In this document: piece by piece, positions 8,620 to 16,702 of the stretch
Position numbering within the stretch: position 1 is the stretch's first letter
Layout: each line of letters begins with the position of its first letter
DNA from: Nitrospinales bacterium
Lineage (GTDB): Bacteria > Nitrospinota > Nitrospinia > Nitrospinales > JAJDAT01
DNA: 64,000 bases
Direction: 5' to 3'
Assembly (NCBI GenBank): GCA_046757665.1
Contig: JBHHYO010000003.1
Coordinates: 24,146-88,145, forward strand
Made by a program: the position numbers and the translations under genes
Notes under the pieces: model-generated
Seen by the model: only the letters and a program-made list of their open reading frames with translations
What the model was told of the DNA's origin: nothing
Database searches by the model: none

Positions 8620-10590
8620 TCAGGAGGAACTCACGCTTTCCTTCTTGGGCAGGAAATCCTCGATCGTCGCTCCGTTGGCGACGGCTTCCGCCATCATTTT
8701 TTTCGATTCCTCGATACCCTGCTCGGCCACCTGCAAGGTGATCTCGGTGGCATGAATCGACTCGGCGTATTGCAGGACGCGCTTTTTGGTGCTGTCCCTC
8801 ATGAACCCCTGGGGCACGAGTTCCAGCCGCTTGGTGGCTTCCGGGGTCCAGCGGAATTTGGACTCATCCACGGGCGCCGGCGCGTAGGGCGAACCGTTGC
8901 CGCCCTTGTCGCTACCCTTGGCGGTGGTTTTCTCGTTAAAAATCCTGTCGACGAAAGCCAGGGTGATGACGGGGACGTTTTGGACGCGGGCATTTTTCTC
9001 CACGCGGGCCTGGGCTTTTCTGCGGATGTGCCCCTTGGGGTAGTCATCGAGCCGTTCCCAGGCGCGCCGGGTCCACTGGTTTTCCTTGCCGTCGAAGGAG
9101 GTGACGATGGTGACTCCGCCTTCTTTTTCGGCATCGGCCTTGAAGGCTTCCTCGTCCACGGGCAGTAACCGCTCGGCGCCGGCGTTGCAGACGCCGCACT
9201 GGACGGCGCCGCCGCCCATCACCGCGCCGCAATTGGTGCATTGGAGTTTGGCGTCCGCCGGAGCCTTTCCGGCATGGGCCTTCGCCATTTCATCCTTCAG
9301 CATGTCAAGGTTGCCGGCGGCAAGGGGATCTTCTCCCTCCTTGGCCTGCTCCCGGAGTTTTTGGCCGATCATGTTCATCGCCTGCATGGCGCCGGCGGGA
9401 AGAATGTTCTCGCAGGCTTCGGTGATGACGCTGGAGGTGATCATGCTGTGGCCGCGCTCCAGGGCATAGCGCAAAATCGCCGCCGTCGCCATGGGCCGGA
9501 CAAAGCCGGGGATTTTCTGCAACCGCTCTTTCGACTCGGCGGTCCATTCGATGGTTTCCTCGGCGATCATGTCGATTTTCGGCTTGAACACGCGGCTGGA
9601 AATCAGGGTGTTGCACGGCACCATGCGGAGCAGGTTCTCGGTGTTGCCGCCGATATCCATATCCTGCGCGCTGTGCACGCCGATGCGGCCGAGGATCAGC
9701 AGGAAGGGGTTTTCCTCCCGGGCGTATTGCAGAACTTTTTCGAACACCTTGCCGTCCAGCAGACGGACGGTGCAATCCAACTCCTCCTCCTCGGCGATCT
9801 GGCGGGAGATTTCCAGGTGCGCCTGGTAAATCTTCGCCAACCCCTTGTCGATGATGTCTTCATGCAGTTTTTCCTGTTGCTCGAACTTAAACACCTTGCC
9901 GGCTTCCTTGGACAGAACGCCGGTGAGGCTGTTGAACATGGCGTAGTGAAAATAGGGATCGAAGGAGGAGATAATTTCCAGGGGACGGCCCAGCAGTTTC
10001 GCCAGTTCGATCCCGGTTTTCAGGCCGCCAAAGGCCTGGCCGCTACCGTCCACGGCGACGACGATTTTTCCGCTGGACGGTTTCTCCCCGTGCAGTTCGG
10101 GAATGTGCTTGACGATCAGGGTGTCGGTCTTGACGCGGCGGATCACCCGCTCGCAAACCGTGCCGATCTGGCTGTCCTTGATGGCGCCCAGCCCCATGAC
10201 CCCCATGATGACGAGGTCGTACCGGGATTCATTGATATCCTTCACCATCTCGATCCAGTTTCTTCCCTCCAGGGACTTGCCGACAAAGGGGACATTCTCC
10301 TTCTCGCACCGGAACCGGGGAACGTCCAGATAAGAATCGGTAATCACTTCCATGCCCTTGGTGATCAACTGGTCGTGAATGTTGCGCTGTTTTTCGAGTT
10401 CCTGCTCATCCTGATATTCTTCCGGCAGGCCGCTTTCCATTTGCCGGAAGCGCACGTCGTGCATTTTGGCGGCGTACACGTGGCTGGCCGTCAGGGTCGC
10501 CCCGGTCTTTTTGGCCAGCTCCAACCCGATGTCGATACAGGCGTTGGAATAATCCGAATTGTCCACCGGTAAATAAATATTTTTAAACAT
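8620..10590 (-). CDS. Tandem universal stress protein domains fused to three PCP_red-like domains and a rubredoxin-like knuckle
   Basis: MFKNIYLPVDNS...GVMGLG...IGTVCERV (USP1); KIVVAVDGS...GRIGVH...IGGNTENL (USP2); three W(T)xE(A)xxRLxx(I/V)Px(F/H)xR repeats; CTNC...CGVC. Confidence 0.85.
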   Translation of the reverse strand: MFKNIYLPVDNSDYSNACIDIGLELAKKTGATLTASHVYAAKMHDVRFRQMESGLPEEYQDEQELEKQRNIHDQLITKGMEVITDSYLDVPRFRCEKENVPFVGKSLEGRNWIEMVKDINESRYDLVIMGVMGLGAIKDSQIGTVCERVIRRVKTDTLIVKHIPELHGEKPSSGKIVVAVDGSGQAFGGLKTGIELAKLLGRPLEIISSFDPYFHYAMFNSLTGVLSKEAGKVFKFEQQEKLHEDIIDKGLAKIYQAHLEISRQIAEEEELDCTVRLLDGKVFEKVLQYAREENPFLLILGRIGVHSAQDMDIGGNTENLLRMVPCNTLISSRVFKPKIDMIAEETIEWTAESKERLQKIPGFVRPMATAAILRYALERGHSMITSSVITEACENILPAGAMQAMNMIGQKLREQAKEGEDPLAAGNLDMLKDEMAKAHAGKAPADAKLQCTNCGAVMGGGAVQCGVCNAGAERLLPVDEEAFKADAEKEGGVTIVTSFDGKENQWTRRAWERLDDYPKGHIRRKAQARVEKNARVQNVPVITLAFVDRIFNEKTTAKGSDKGGNGSPYAPAPVDESKFRWTPEATKRLELVPQGFMRDSTKKRVLQYAESIHATEITLQVAEQGIEESKKMMAEAVANGATIEDFLPKKESVSSS

Positions 10591-11084
10591 ATGCCGACAA
10601 TCTCCCCCCAAGCTGGTTGGGTATGTTTTTATATAACGATGTGCCCTCAAATCTAACCCCCCGCAAATTCCTTGTCCAAAAGCGGGAGAGTAAATTCTAG
10701 CAAAATAACGACGGCTGTCAACGCTGTCTGTCCAATGCTCTAAGGATAAACGATTTCGTCCGCCGTTTTCAAAAAAAAATTCATTCGCGGACTTCCCGTT
10801 TTCTTATGTCGTTCCGAAACACCAAAACCTTTCCCGGTGCGCGCAACGTATCGGCGCATATTAACGGGGCTTTGCGCGGAGCGGGGGTTGCGGGCCGCAG
10901 ATAGTTTTGCCGGAGACGGGGATTTGAGTTAAAATAACCGCAAAAACTATTCTCGTTCGCATCGGCAACCAACAAACAGAAACTGTATTTTAAAAGACAA
11001 TGGAGGATGGGCTTTTCCGGCCGCCTGCCGCCGAACGGGGTTTTTCCCGCGCCCGGCCGCGCCTGCCTCCAAAAGGAGAACACC

Positions 11085-12482
11085 ATGCCGGCAGTCAGCA
11101 AAGACGATCTTTTAAACGGGTTAAAAGGAATCATCGTCCTCAACGACGGCAACGCAATCATCGAGGACGCGGAAAAGTTGCGCGGGTCGCCCCTGGACCA
11201 TCTGCTGGCGGAAGCCGTGCTTAATAAAAATAAAGACGTCAGGGGAATGGCAAGGTACCTTATCAAATCGGCGGCCCGGCAGTTGGGAATTTTCCCCGCC
11301 AGCATTCAGGGGTTGTACGAAGCGCGGGGTCGGGGCGAGATGGGCGGCTTCACGGTTCCGGCGATCAACATCCGCGGCATGTCCTACCAACTGGCCCGGG
11401 CCATTTTCCGCGCCACCCACAAGATAGACTGCGGCGCGCAAATCTTCGAGATCGCCAAATCCGAGATCGGCTACACCTTCCAGCGGCCGCACGAATATGC
11501 CACCGTGATCCTCGCCGCCGCCATCAAGGAAAACCATAGCGGGCCGGTGTTCATCCAGGGCGACCATTTCCAGGTGAACGCCAAAAAGTTCGCCGAGAAC
11601 CGGGAGCAGGAACTCGCCGGTTTGAAAAACCTGATCCGCGAGGCCATCGCCGCCGGGTTTTACAATATCGACATCGACACGTCCACGCTGGTCGACTTGA
11701 GCCAACCCAGCGTCGCCGAACAGCAACGCGCCAATTTCGAGATCGGCGTGGAGCTGACCGCCCGAGTCCGCGAACTGGAACAGGAAGGCATCACCATTTC
11801 CGTGGGCGGAGAGATCGGCGAAGTCGGCAAGGAAAACAGCAATCCGGAAGAACTGAAAGCCTACATGGACAACTTCAACACCTGCCTGGAAGCCCTGAAC
11901 AAGGGCTATAAAAGCATCAGCAAAATTTCCGTGCAAACCGGCACGTCGCACGGCGGCGTGCCCCTGCCCGACGGCTCCGTCGCCGAGGTGAAACTCGACT
12001 TCGACACGCTGGAAGTGTTATCCAGAATCTCGCGGGAGCAGTACGGCCTGGCGGGGGCGGTGCAACACGGCGCGTCCACCCTGCCCGCCGAACTGTTCCA
12101 CCGCTTCCCGGAACTGGAAACCGCGGAAATTCACCTGGCCACCGACTTCCAGAACATGATCTACGAAAGCCCGCATTTCCCCGCCGACCTGAAAGCGGAA
12201 ATCTACAAGCACCTGCATAGCCGCTTCGCCGACGAAAAAAAATCAGGCCAGACCGACGAGCAGTTCATCTATAAAACGCGGAAGAAGGGGTTCGGCGAGT
12301 TCAAGAGCGCTTTCTGGAATTTGCCGGAGGAAGTCAAAACGGAGATCGGCAAGGAAATAGAAGCGCGGGTGGATTTCCTGCTCGACCAGCTCAACGTGAA
12401 GAACACCCGCCAACACACCGACCGCACCATCCAACCGGCCGACGTCAAACCCGACCTGCAATCCGAAATCGAGTGGAGTTGA
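11085..12482 (+). CDS. Class II (metal-dependent) fructose-bisphosphate aldolase family protein
   Basis: FTVPAINIR, QGDHFQ, GGEIGEVG, GTSHGG, QHGASTL; RBS AAGGAG. Confidence 0.85.
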   Translation: MPAVSKDDLLNGLKGIIVLNDGNAIIEDAEKLRGSPLDHLLAEAVLNKNKDVRGMARYLIKSAARQLGIFPASIQGLYEARGRGEMGGFTVPAINIRGMSYQLARAIFRATHKIDCGAQIFEIAKSEIGYTFQRPHEYATVILAAAIKENHSGPVFIQGDHFQVNAKKFAENREQELAGLKNLIREAIAAGFYNIDIDTSTLVDLSQPSVAEQQRANFEIGVELTARVRELEQEGITISVGGEIGEVGKENSNPEELKAYMDNFNTCLEALNKGYKSISKISVQTGTSHGGVPLPDGSVAEVKLDFDTLEVLSRISREQYGLAGAVQHGASTLPAELFHRFPELETAEIHLATDFQNMIYESPHFPADLKAEIYKHLHSRFADEKKSGQTDEQFIYKTRKKGFGEFKSAFWNLPEEVKTEIGKEIEARVDFLLDQLNVKNTRQHTDRTIQPADVKPDLQSEIEWS

Positions 12483-12525
12483 AATAAATAAGCAGTTGCT
12501 CAGCCGACCGTCCTCTAAAACTGGC

Positions 12526-12562
12526 TTGCCTTATGGTTACAAATGCTATACAATTGTAACCA
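12526..12562 (+). promoter_or_regulatory. Sigma70 promoter with autoregulatory inverted repeat for dinJ-yafQ
   Basis: TTGCCT-17 bp-TACAAT, overlapped by TGGTTACAA-N11-TTGTAACCA. Confidence 0.75.
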
Positions 12563-12577
12563 CAAGGAGGTGCTCAA

Positions 12578-12832
12578 ATGCCCACGGAACCGACAAATTT
12601 AAGACTGGATATAGAAGCCAAGAAAAAAGCGTACGCTATTTTTGCCAAAGTTGGTATTAAACCTGCCCAGGCGGTCAATCTTTTTTTTCGTCAGGTGGAG
12701 TTACACAAAGGTCTTCCCTTTGACGTTAAAATTCCAAACGCCGAAACCATTGAAGCCATGGACGAACTCGCCAAGGGCGGTGGGAAGCTTTACAAGAATT
12801 CCAAAGCCATGTTTAAAGACCTTGGCATTTAA
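12578..12832 (+). CDS. dinJ: RelB/DinJ family antitoxin
   Basis: RHH-type N-terminus; GLPFDVKIPNAETIEAMDE...MFKDLGI. Confidence 0.88.
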   Translation: MPTEPTNLRLDIEAKKKAYAIFAKVGIKPAQAVNLFFRQVELHKGLPFDVKIPNAETIEAMDELAKGGGKLYKNSKAMFKDLGI

Positions 12833-13107
12833 TGTACCAAACACGGCTTTCCACAAAATTCAGGCGTGATATCCGGCGTTGCAAAAAACAACGTAAGGAT
12901 ATGCAACTTTTCAAAGATATTGATGCGTTGCTAACCGCCGGTAAACCGCTACCCAAAAAGAATAAAGATCATAACCTCTCGGGCAACTGGAACGGATACA
13001 GGGAATGCCATATAGGACCTGATTGGCTTTTAATCTACCGCGTTAATGAGGATGAAATGGTTGTTGAATATGCTCGTACGGGAAGCCATTCAGAGCTTTT
13101 CAGTTAG
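12832..13107 (+). CDS. yafQ: YafQ family mRNA interferase toxin
   Basis: KDHNLSGNWNGYRECHIGPDWLLIY...RTGSHSELF; TAATG coupling to dinJ. Confidence 0.9.
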   Translation: MYQTRLSTKFRRDIRRCKKQRKDMQLFKDIDALLTAGKPLPKKNKDHNLSGNWNGYRECHIGPDWLLIYRVNEDEMVVEYARTGSHSELFS

Positions 13108-13257
13108 GAGTGAAGGCGTCAGAAACAATGACGATAGCAGGTGTGACCTTCCTCCAATCCATGAACACCTACCCCCATTGCCCTTCCAAGCCGCCGGATT
13201 TGCGGGCGTTGTTTCACCGCATACCTGCTCTGTGCGCTATATGTAAGGGATAAAAAA

Positions 13258-13535
13258 CAGGAGACGGGAGGCTGGAGACGGTCAATGGTCACGCTTCGAC
13301 GGGCTCAGCGTGACGGGGAGTCGGAAAAAACGGAGATCGGAGACCGGGGAAAAACGGGAACCGCAAAGGCGCCAAGGGCGCAAAGAAAAAATCCCCCCAG
13401 CCCCCTTCCAGAAGGAGGAGTAAATTTCAAATGGGATTTTTCTGTGTCCATCTGTGCGCCCTTTTGTAAGTCAGGGACAGGTATCGTGGTTAGATTTTTT
13501 GCTTTTCTCCGTGCTCTCGGTGGCTCCGTGGTGAT
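13258..13535. repeat. Cluster of degenerate short palindromic and iterated repeats
   Basis: GTCACGCTTCGACGGGCTCAGCGTGAC (13288-13314), ACCGCAAAGGCGCCAAGGGCGCAAAG (13360-13385), a CCCCCTT..AAGGAGG hairpin, TCTGTGTCCATCTGTG and CTCCGTGCTCTCGGTGGCTCCGTGGTG. Confidence 0.65.
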
Positions 13536-13888
13536 TTCGGTATGGTAAATTTTAATCTTCAAACGGCGGCCTTCGACATGCCAAAACCAGTTCTTATAAA
13601 TCGTTTTAAATCATTGGGATGCGCCGCAAAATGCGATCCGGTTTTTGGGCGATTTTCCGCGAAATTCGCTGATTTTTTACCTGACCGGAAACCCGGTAAA
13701 CAGCTTGCGGTGCAAGGGGTTGCCGGGTTTATGACCTGACATTTCGACTATTTCGTTCCTCGTTTTTCAAAAATTTTTTTTCCGCAAAATCGGCCCCGGT
13801 CAGGTGCAACCGACAGCACAAGCTTTCGTAAGGGGACGGCGAGGGCGGGATCGGTCAGGTAGTCGAATTTCCCAAGCCGGCCCCGGCT

Positions 13889-14911
13889 CTAATCGTGGGT
13901 TTGTAATTCGGCCAGCGTGTCGGCGAGGACGGTGAACACCGCGGACAGGCTTTCGGAGGAGCATTTGTCCAGGGTGTCGGCCTGGGTGTGCCAGTGGGGA
14001 TAGTCGAAGTCGATCAGCAGGACCGACGGGATACCGCGCGCGATGAATGGATAGTGATCGTCCAGGATGCTGTATTTGGCTTTTGACTTGAACTGGCGGA
14101 AGTTGTTCTTCTGGCGGGCGACGCGGTCGATGATGTCTATCAGCCAGGGAGCGCTTTTTACGGAATGGCTCTCCCGGTAAATTTGCAGGTCCTTGTCGCC
14201 TATCATGTCGATCACCACCACGGCGCGGGGCCATTGGGTTTTGTCCCCTTTTCGCAGTTGGCGGGCATAGTGCATGGAGCCCAGGAGGTACTCGGACGAT
14301 CCCTTGGCGCCATAATCCTCGCCGTCGAAAAAGACCAGGTGGACGGGGTTTTTCGGTTTGTGGTCATGAAGCAGTTGGGCAAGCGCCAGCAGGACGGCGG
14401 TTCCGGAGCCGCCGTCGTTGACGCCGGGGATGGGCCTTGTCCGCAGGGTGGGGTCGGGCTCTTCGTCGGCGAAGGGCCGGGTGTCGTAATGGGCGCCGAT
14501 GAGGATGGGCGCTCCGCTGTCGCCGTTAAAGCGCATTTCAATATTCGCCAGCGGCACCGGCGCCTGGCCGCGCACCCGATGGGTGAAGGGTTGCGGTACA
14601 ACGGCGTCGGCGAATCGCCTGCCGGTTTGCAGGATGTATTCTTTGAGCATTTGGTGACCCGGACTGCCTGGGTTGCGCGGCCCCATGCCGGCAATGGTTT
14701 GCAGGTAGCGCCAGGGAACGTCCCGATACTTTGCCAGGTCCGCCGGTTCGGCGGCGGCGGGCGCAAACAAACCCCGCGACAGCAACAGGAGAACCACCGG
14801 CAACAGGACACGGGATGTGATAAACCGCCTCCCGCCCTCTCTGGCAGATGGTCTGCCACCCTTCGACAAGCTCAGGGTGACAACCCTGTTCCCTTCACAG
14901 GACTTTTTCAA
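13889..14911 (-). CDS. M28 family peptidase / glutaminyl cyclase-like exported protein (start uncertain)
   Basis: GAHYDTRP, GVNDGGSGTAVLL, FFDGEDYG, DMIGDKD, DDHYPF, HWHTQADT; signal-like segment VLLPVVLLLL...APAAA. Confidence 0.85.
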   Translation of the reverse strand: MKKSCEGNRVVTLSLSKGGRPSAREGGRRFITSRVLLPVVLLLLSRGLFAPAAAEPADLAKYRDVPWRYLQTIAGMGPRNPGSPGHQMLKEYILQTGRRFADAVVPQPFTHRVRGQAPVPLANIEMRFNGDSGAPILIGAHYDTRPFADEEPDPTLRTRPIPGVNDGGSGTAVLLALAQLLHDHKPKNPVHLVFFDGEDYGAKGSSEYLLGSMHYARQLRKGDKTQWPRAVVVIDMIGDKDLQIYRESHSVKSAPWLIDIIDRVARQKNNFRQFKSKAKYSILDDHYPFIARGIPSVLLIDFDYPHWHTQADTLDKCSSESLSAVFTVLADTLAELQTHD

Positions 14912-14918
14912 CTCTCTG

Positions 14919-15347
14919 TCAGGGCCGGATTTTAACGGCGGGAGACCAGGTGGAACGGACATGAAAATAATCCTGAAGAATTTGAGCATGGTCGAAGACG
15001 AGCGGCCGCGGCAGGGTGTCTTTCGAGAACACGCCGACGGCTTTGGCGTCGGACGCGGCCCGCGGACTGCCGGAAGCGCCGGCGATGAATACGGTGGATA
15101 TGTTGTGCCGGCGCGGGTCACGCGCCGGGTCGGAATAGCTGTGAAACTGGCCGATCAGCTGTACGTCCAGGGAGGTTTCCTCCCGGGCTTCGCGGACGGC
15201 CGCCGCCTCCAGGGACTCGCCGTAATCGACATATCCGCCCGGCAAGGCCCAGCCGTGGGGCGGGTTACGACGCTCGATCAAGACGATCCCCCCGCCCGGC
15301 AATTCTATGATAACGTCCACGGTGGGGACAGGGTTTTTGTAGGCCAT
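14919..15347 (-). CDS. NUDIX hydrolase
   Basis: Nudix box [38 protein letters not shown]. Confidence 0.92.
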   Translation of the reverse strand: MAYKNPVPTVDVIIELPGGGIVLIERRNPPHGWALPGGYVDYGESLEAAAVREAREETSLDVQLIGQFHSYSDPARDPRRHNISTVFIAGASGSPRAASDAKAVGVFSKDTLPRPLVFDHAQILQDYFHVRSTWSPAVKIRP

Positions 15348-15502
15348 GATTCGATGCTTGTCGGAACCTGTTGGAACACCCGCGCTCCCTGGCAAAAGGC
15401 CGCCCCCAGCCGCCGCGAATGCGTTGACAACTTTTATTTTACTGGTATTTTGGCGAATAGCAAAGGGTTAAAGATCGGGCCTCAATCCGGCGCAAAAAAA
15501 GC

Positions 15503-15529
15503 TTAAGTTCCTGTGCGAGATTCCGATAA
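15503..15529 (+). promoter_or_regulatory. Sigma28 (FliA) promoter of flgM
   Basis: TTAAGTTC-N11-TCCGATAA versus the consensus TAAAGTTT-N11-GCCGATAA. Confidence 0.8.
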
Positions 15530-15702
15530 GAAGCTGTGGAAAGGCTCTTCGTTACACGCCGGAGCGCTAAAAAAAGTTGCACACAAGCGGCAATTGTTTT
15601 AAAATTCAATAAAATCAGTCGGTTATGACCGGATGATTTTGAAACCATCGCAAGAAGGGCCAGCGACGCTATTTCACCATAAAGAAAGGTCTAGTGGGCG
15701 GC

Positions 15703-16032
15703 ATGGAAATTCCAGGCAACGAACTTAGCAGAAAAGTCGGTCAGCAAAAAGTCGTGGGAAAGCCATCGGTCAAAAAAGACGGCGGCGCGCCGGCGGCGGC
15801 AGACTCCAAGCCCGTCTCGGGACAACCTGTTGCCGAGCAGGTCAGCGTGTCTTCCAAGGCCAGGGACATTCAACGGGCGCACGAGGTCATAAAATCTTCC
15901 CCCGACATCCGCACTGAAAAGGTTAACCGGATCAAGCAAGCCATCGCCGACGGCACGTTCAAAGTGGACAGTGAGAAGCTGGCGGGCAAGATTTTAGAGG
16001 ATATTATCACGCAGAGCGCCTTCCTCAAGTAA
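15703..16032 (+). CDS. flgM: Anti-sigma28 factor FlgM
   Basis: VSVSSKA...PDIRTEKVNRIKQAIADGTFKVDSEKLAGKIL. Confidence 0.9.
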   Translation: MEIPGNELSRKVGQQKVVGKPSVKKDGGAPAAADSKPVSGQPVAEQVSVSSKARDIQRAHEVIKSSPDIRTEKVNRIKQAIADGTFKVDSEKLAGKILEDIITQSAFLK

Positions 16033-16178
16033 CTCCCGCGGACGCCGGAAACGGACGCCAGTCCCTGCGCGTGCGATTTTTTTCCAGCGGGCATTTCCTC
16101 CGTATTTCCGTATTTTTCAGATGACAAACGAAAGGCGCGCCGCCTGCTTTTCGGCAAGGCAACGGTGGCGGGGCAGTC

Positions 16179-16424
16179 TTACGGCTTGTTGGAAAGGGAA
16201 ATGACTTCCGGGGGGGCGTCTGAAGGCAAATTGCGGATGAATTGCTTGAGTTTGCTGACCAGCAGATTGACATCCATGCCGTGCATCAGGGCGCCGTTTT
16301 CGAGGGTATCGAAGTTCACCGCAAAACATCCTGAACAACTCATGTTCAGGTCATTAAAGAATTTCAGGGTTTCGGGGTATTTGTGAAGGATGTCGTTGAT
16401 TGTCGTGTCGCTTCGGATAACCAT
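16179..16424 (-). CDS. DUF1858 domain protein (CxxC)
   Basis: TINDILHKYPETLKFF...MSCSGC...TLENGALMHGMDVNLL. Confidence 0.8.
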   Translation of the reverse strand: MVIRSDTTINDILHKYPETLKFFNDLNMSCSGCFAVNFDTLENGALMHGMDVNLLVSKLKQFIRNLPSDAPPEVISLSNKP

Positions 16425-16508
16425 GATTCAAATTTGACTTATAAAATTATTACCGTTATATTAGCATCCATTCTCGATCAACACAACGCTTAAGTACAGG
16501 AGCAATTG

Positions 16509-16700
16509 ATGTCCAGGAAATGTGACATTTGTGGAAAGGGCCCGATGTTCGGCCACAACGTAAGCCATGCCAACAACAAGACCAACCGGCGGTTCAACCC
16601 GAACCTGAAGAAGTTGCGCGTGGTGCTCAAGGGTTCGATCAAGACCAAGAAAGTGTGCACCCGTTGCCTGAAGGCGGGCAAAGTCAAAAAAGCCGTATAA
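16509..16700 (+). CDS. rpmB: 50S ribosomal protein L28 (Zn-binding C+ form)
   Basis: [33 protein letters not shown]...VCTRCLK. Confidence 0.97.
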   Translation: MSRKCDICGKGPMFGHNVSHANNKTNRRFNPNLKKLRVVLKGSIKTKKVCTRCLKAGKVKKAV

Positions 16701-16702
16701 TC

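Noticed and set aside
6585-8741. Long antisense ORFs (718 aa here; also 32519-34012, 34258-35667, 38718-40388)
   Set aside because: They lie opposite well-supported genes and are expected from high-GC codon bias.
10750-10790. Similarity of ATTTCGTCCGCCGTTTTCAAAAAAAAATT to 13750-13780 as direct repeats bounding an island
   Set aside because: Short, A/T-tract dominated and not extendable, and it would enclose a housekeeping aldolase.
13790-13885. GGTCAGGT motifs as SRP RNA
   Set aside because: The conserved CCGGAAGGAAGCAGC domain IV loop is missing.
13889-15121. 410-aa version of the M28 ORF
   Set aside because: It overlaps the NUDIX gene in another frame; the real start is at or below 14911.
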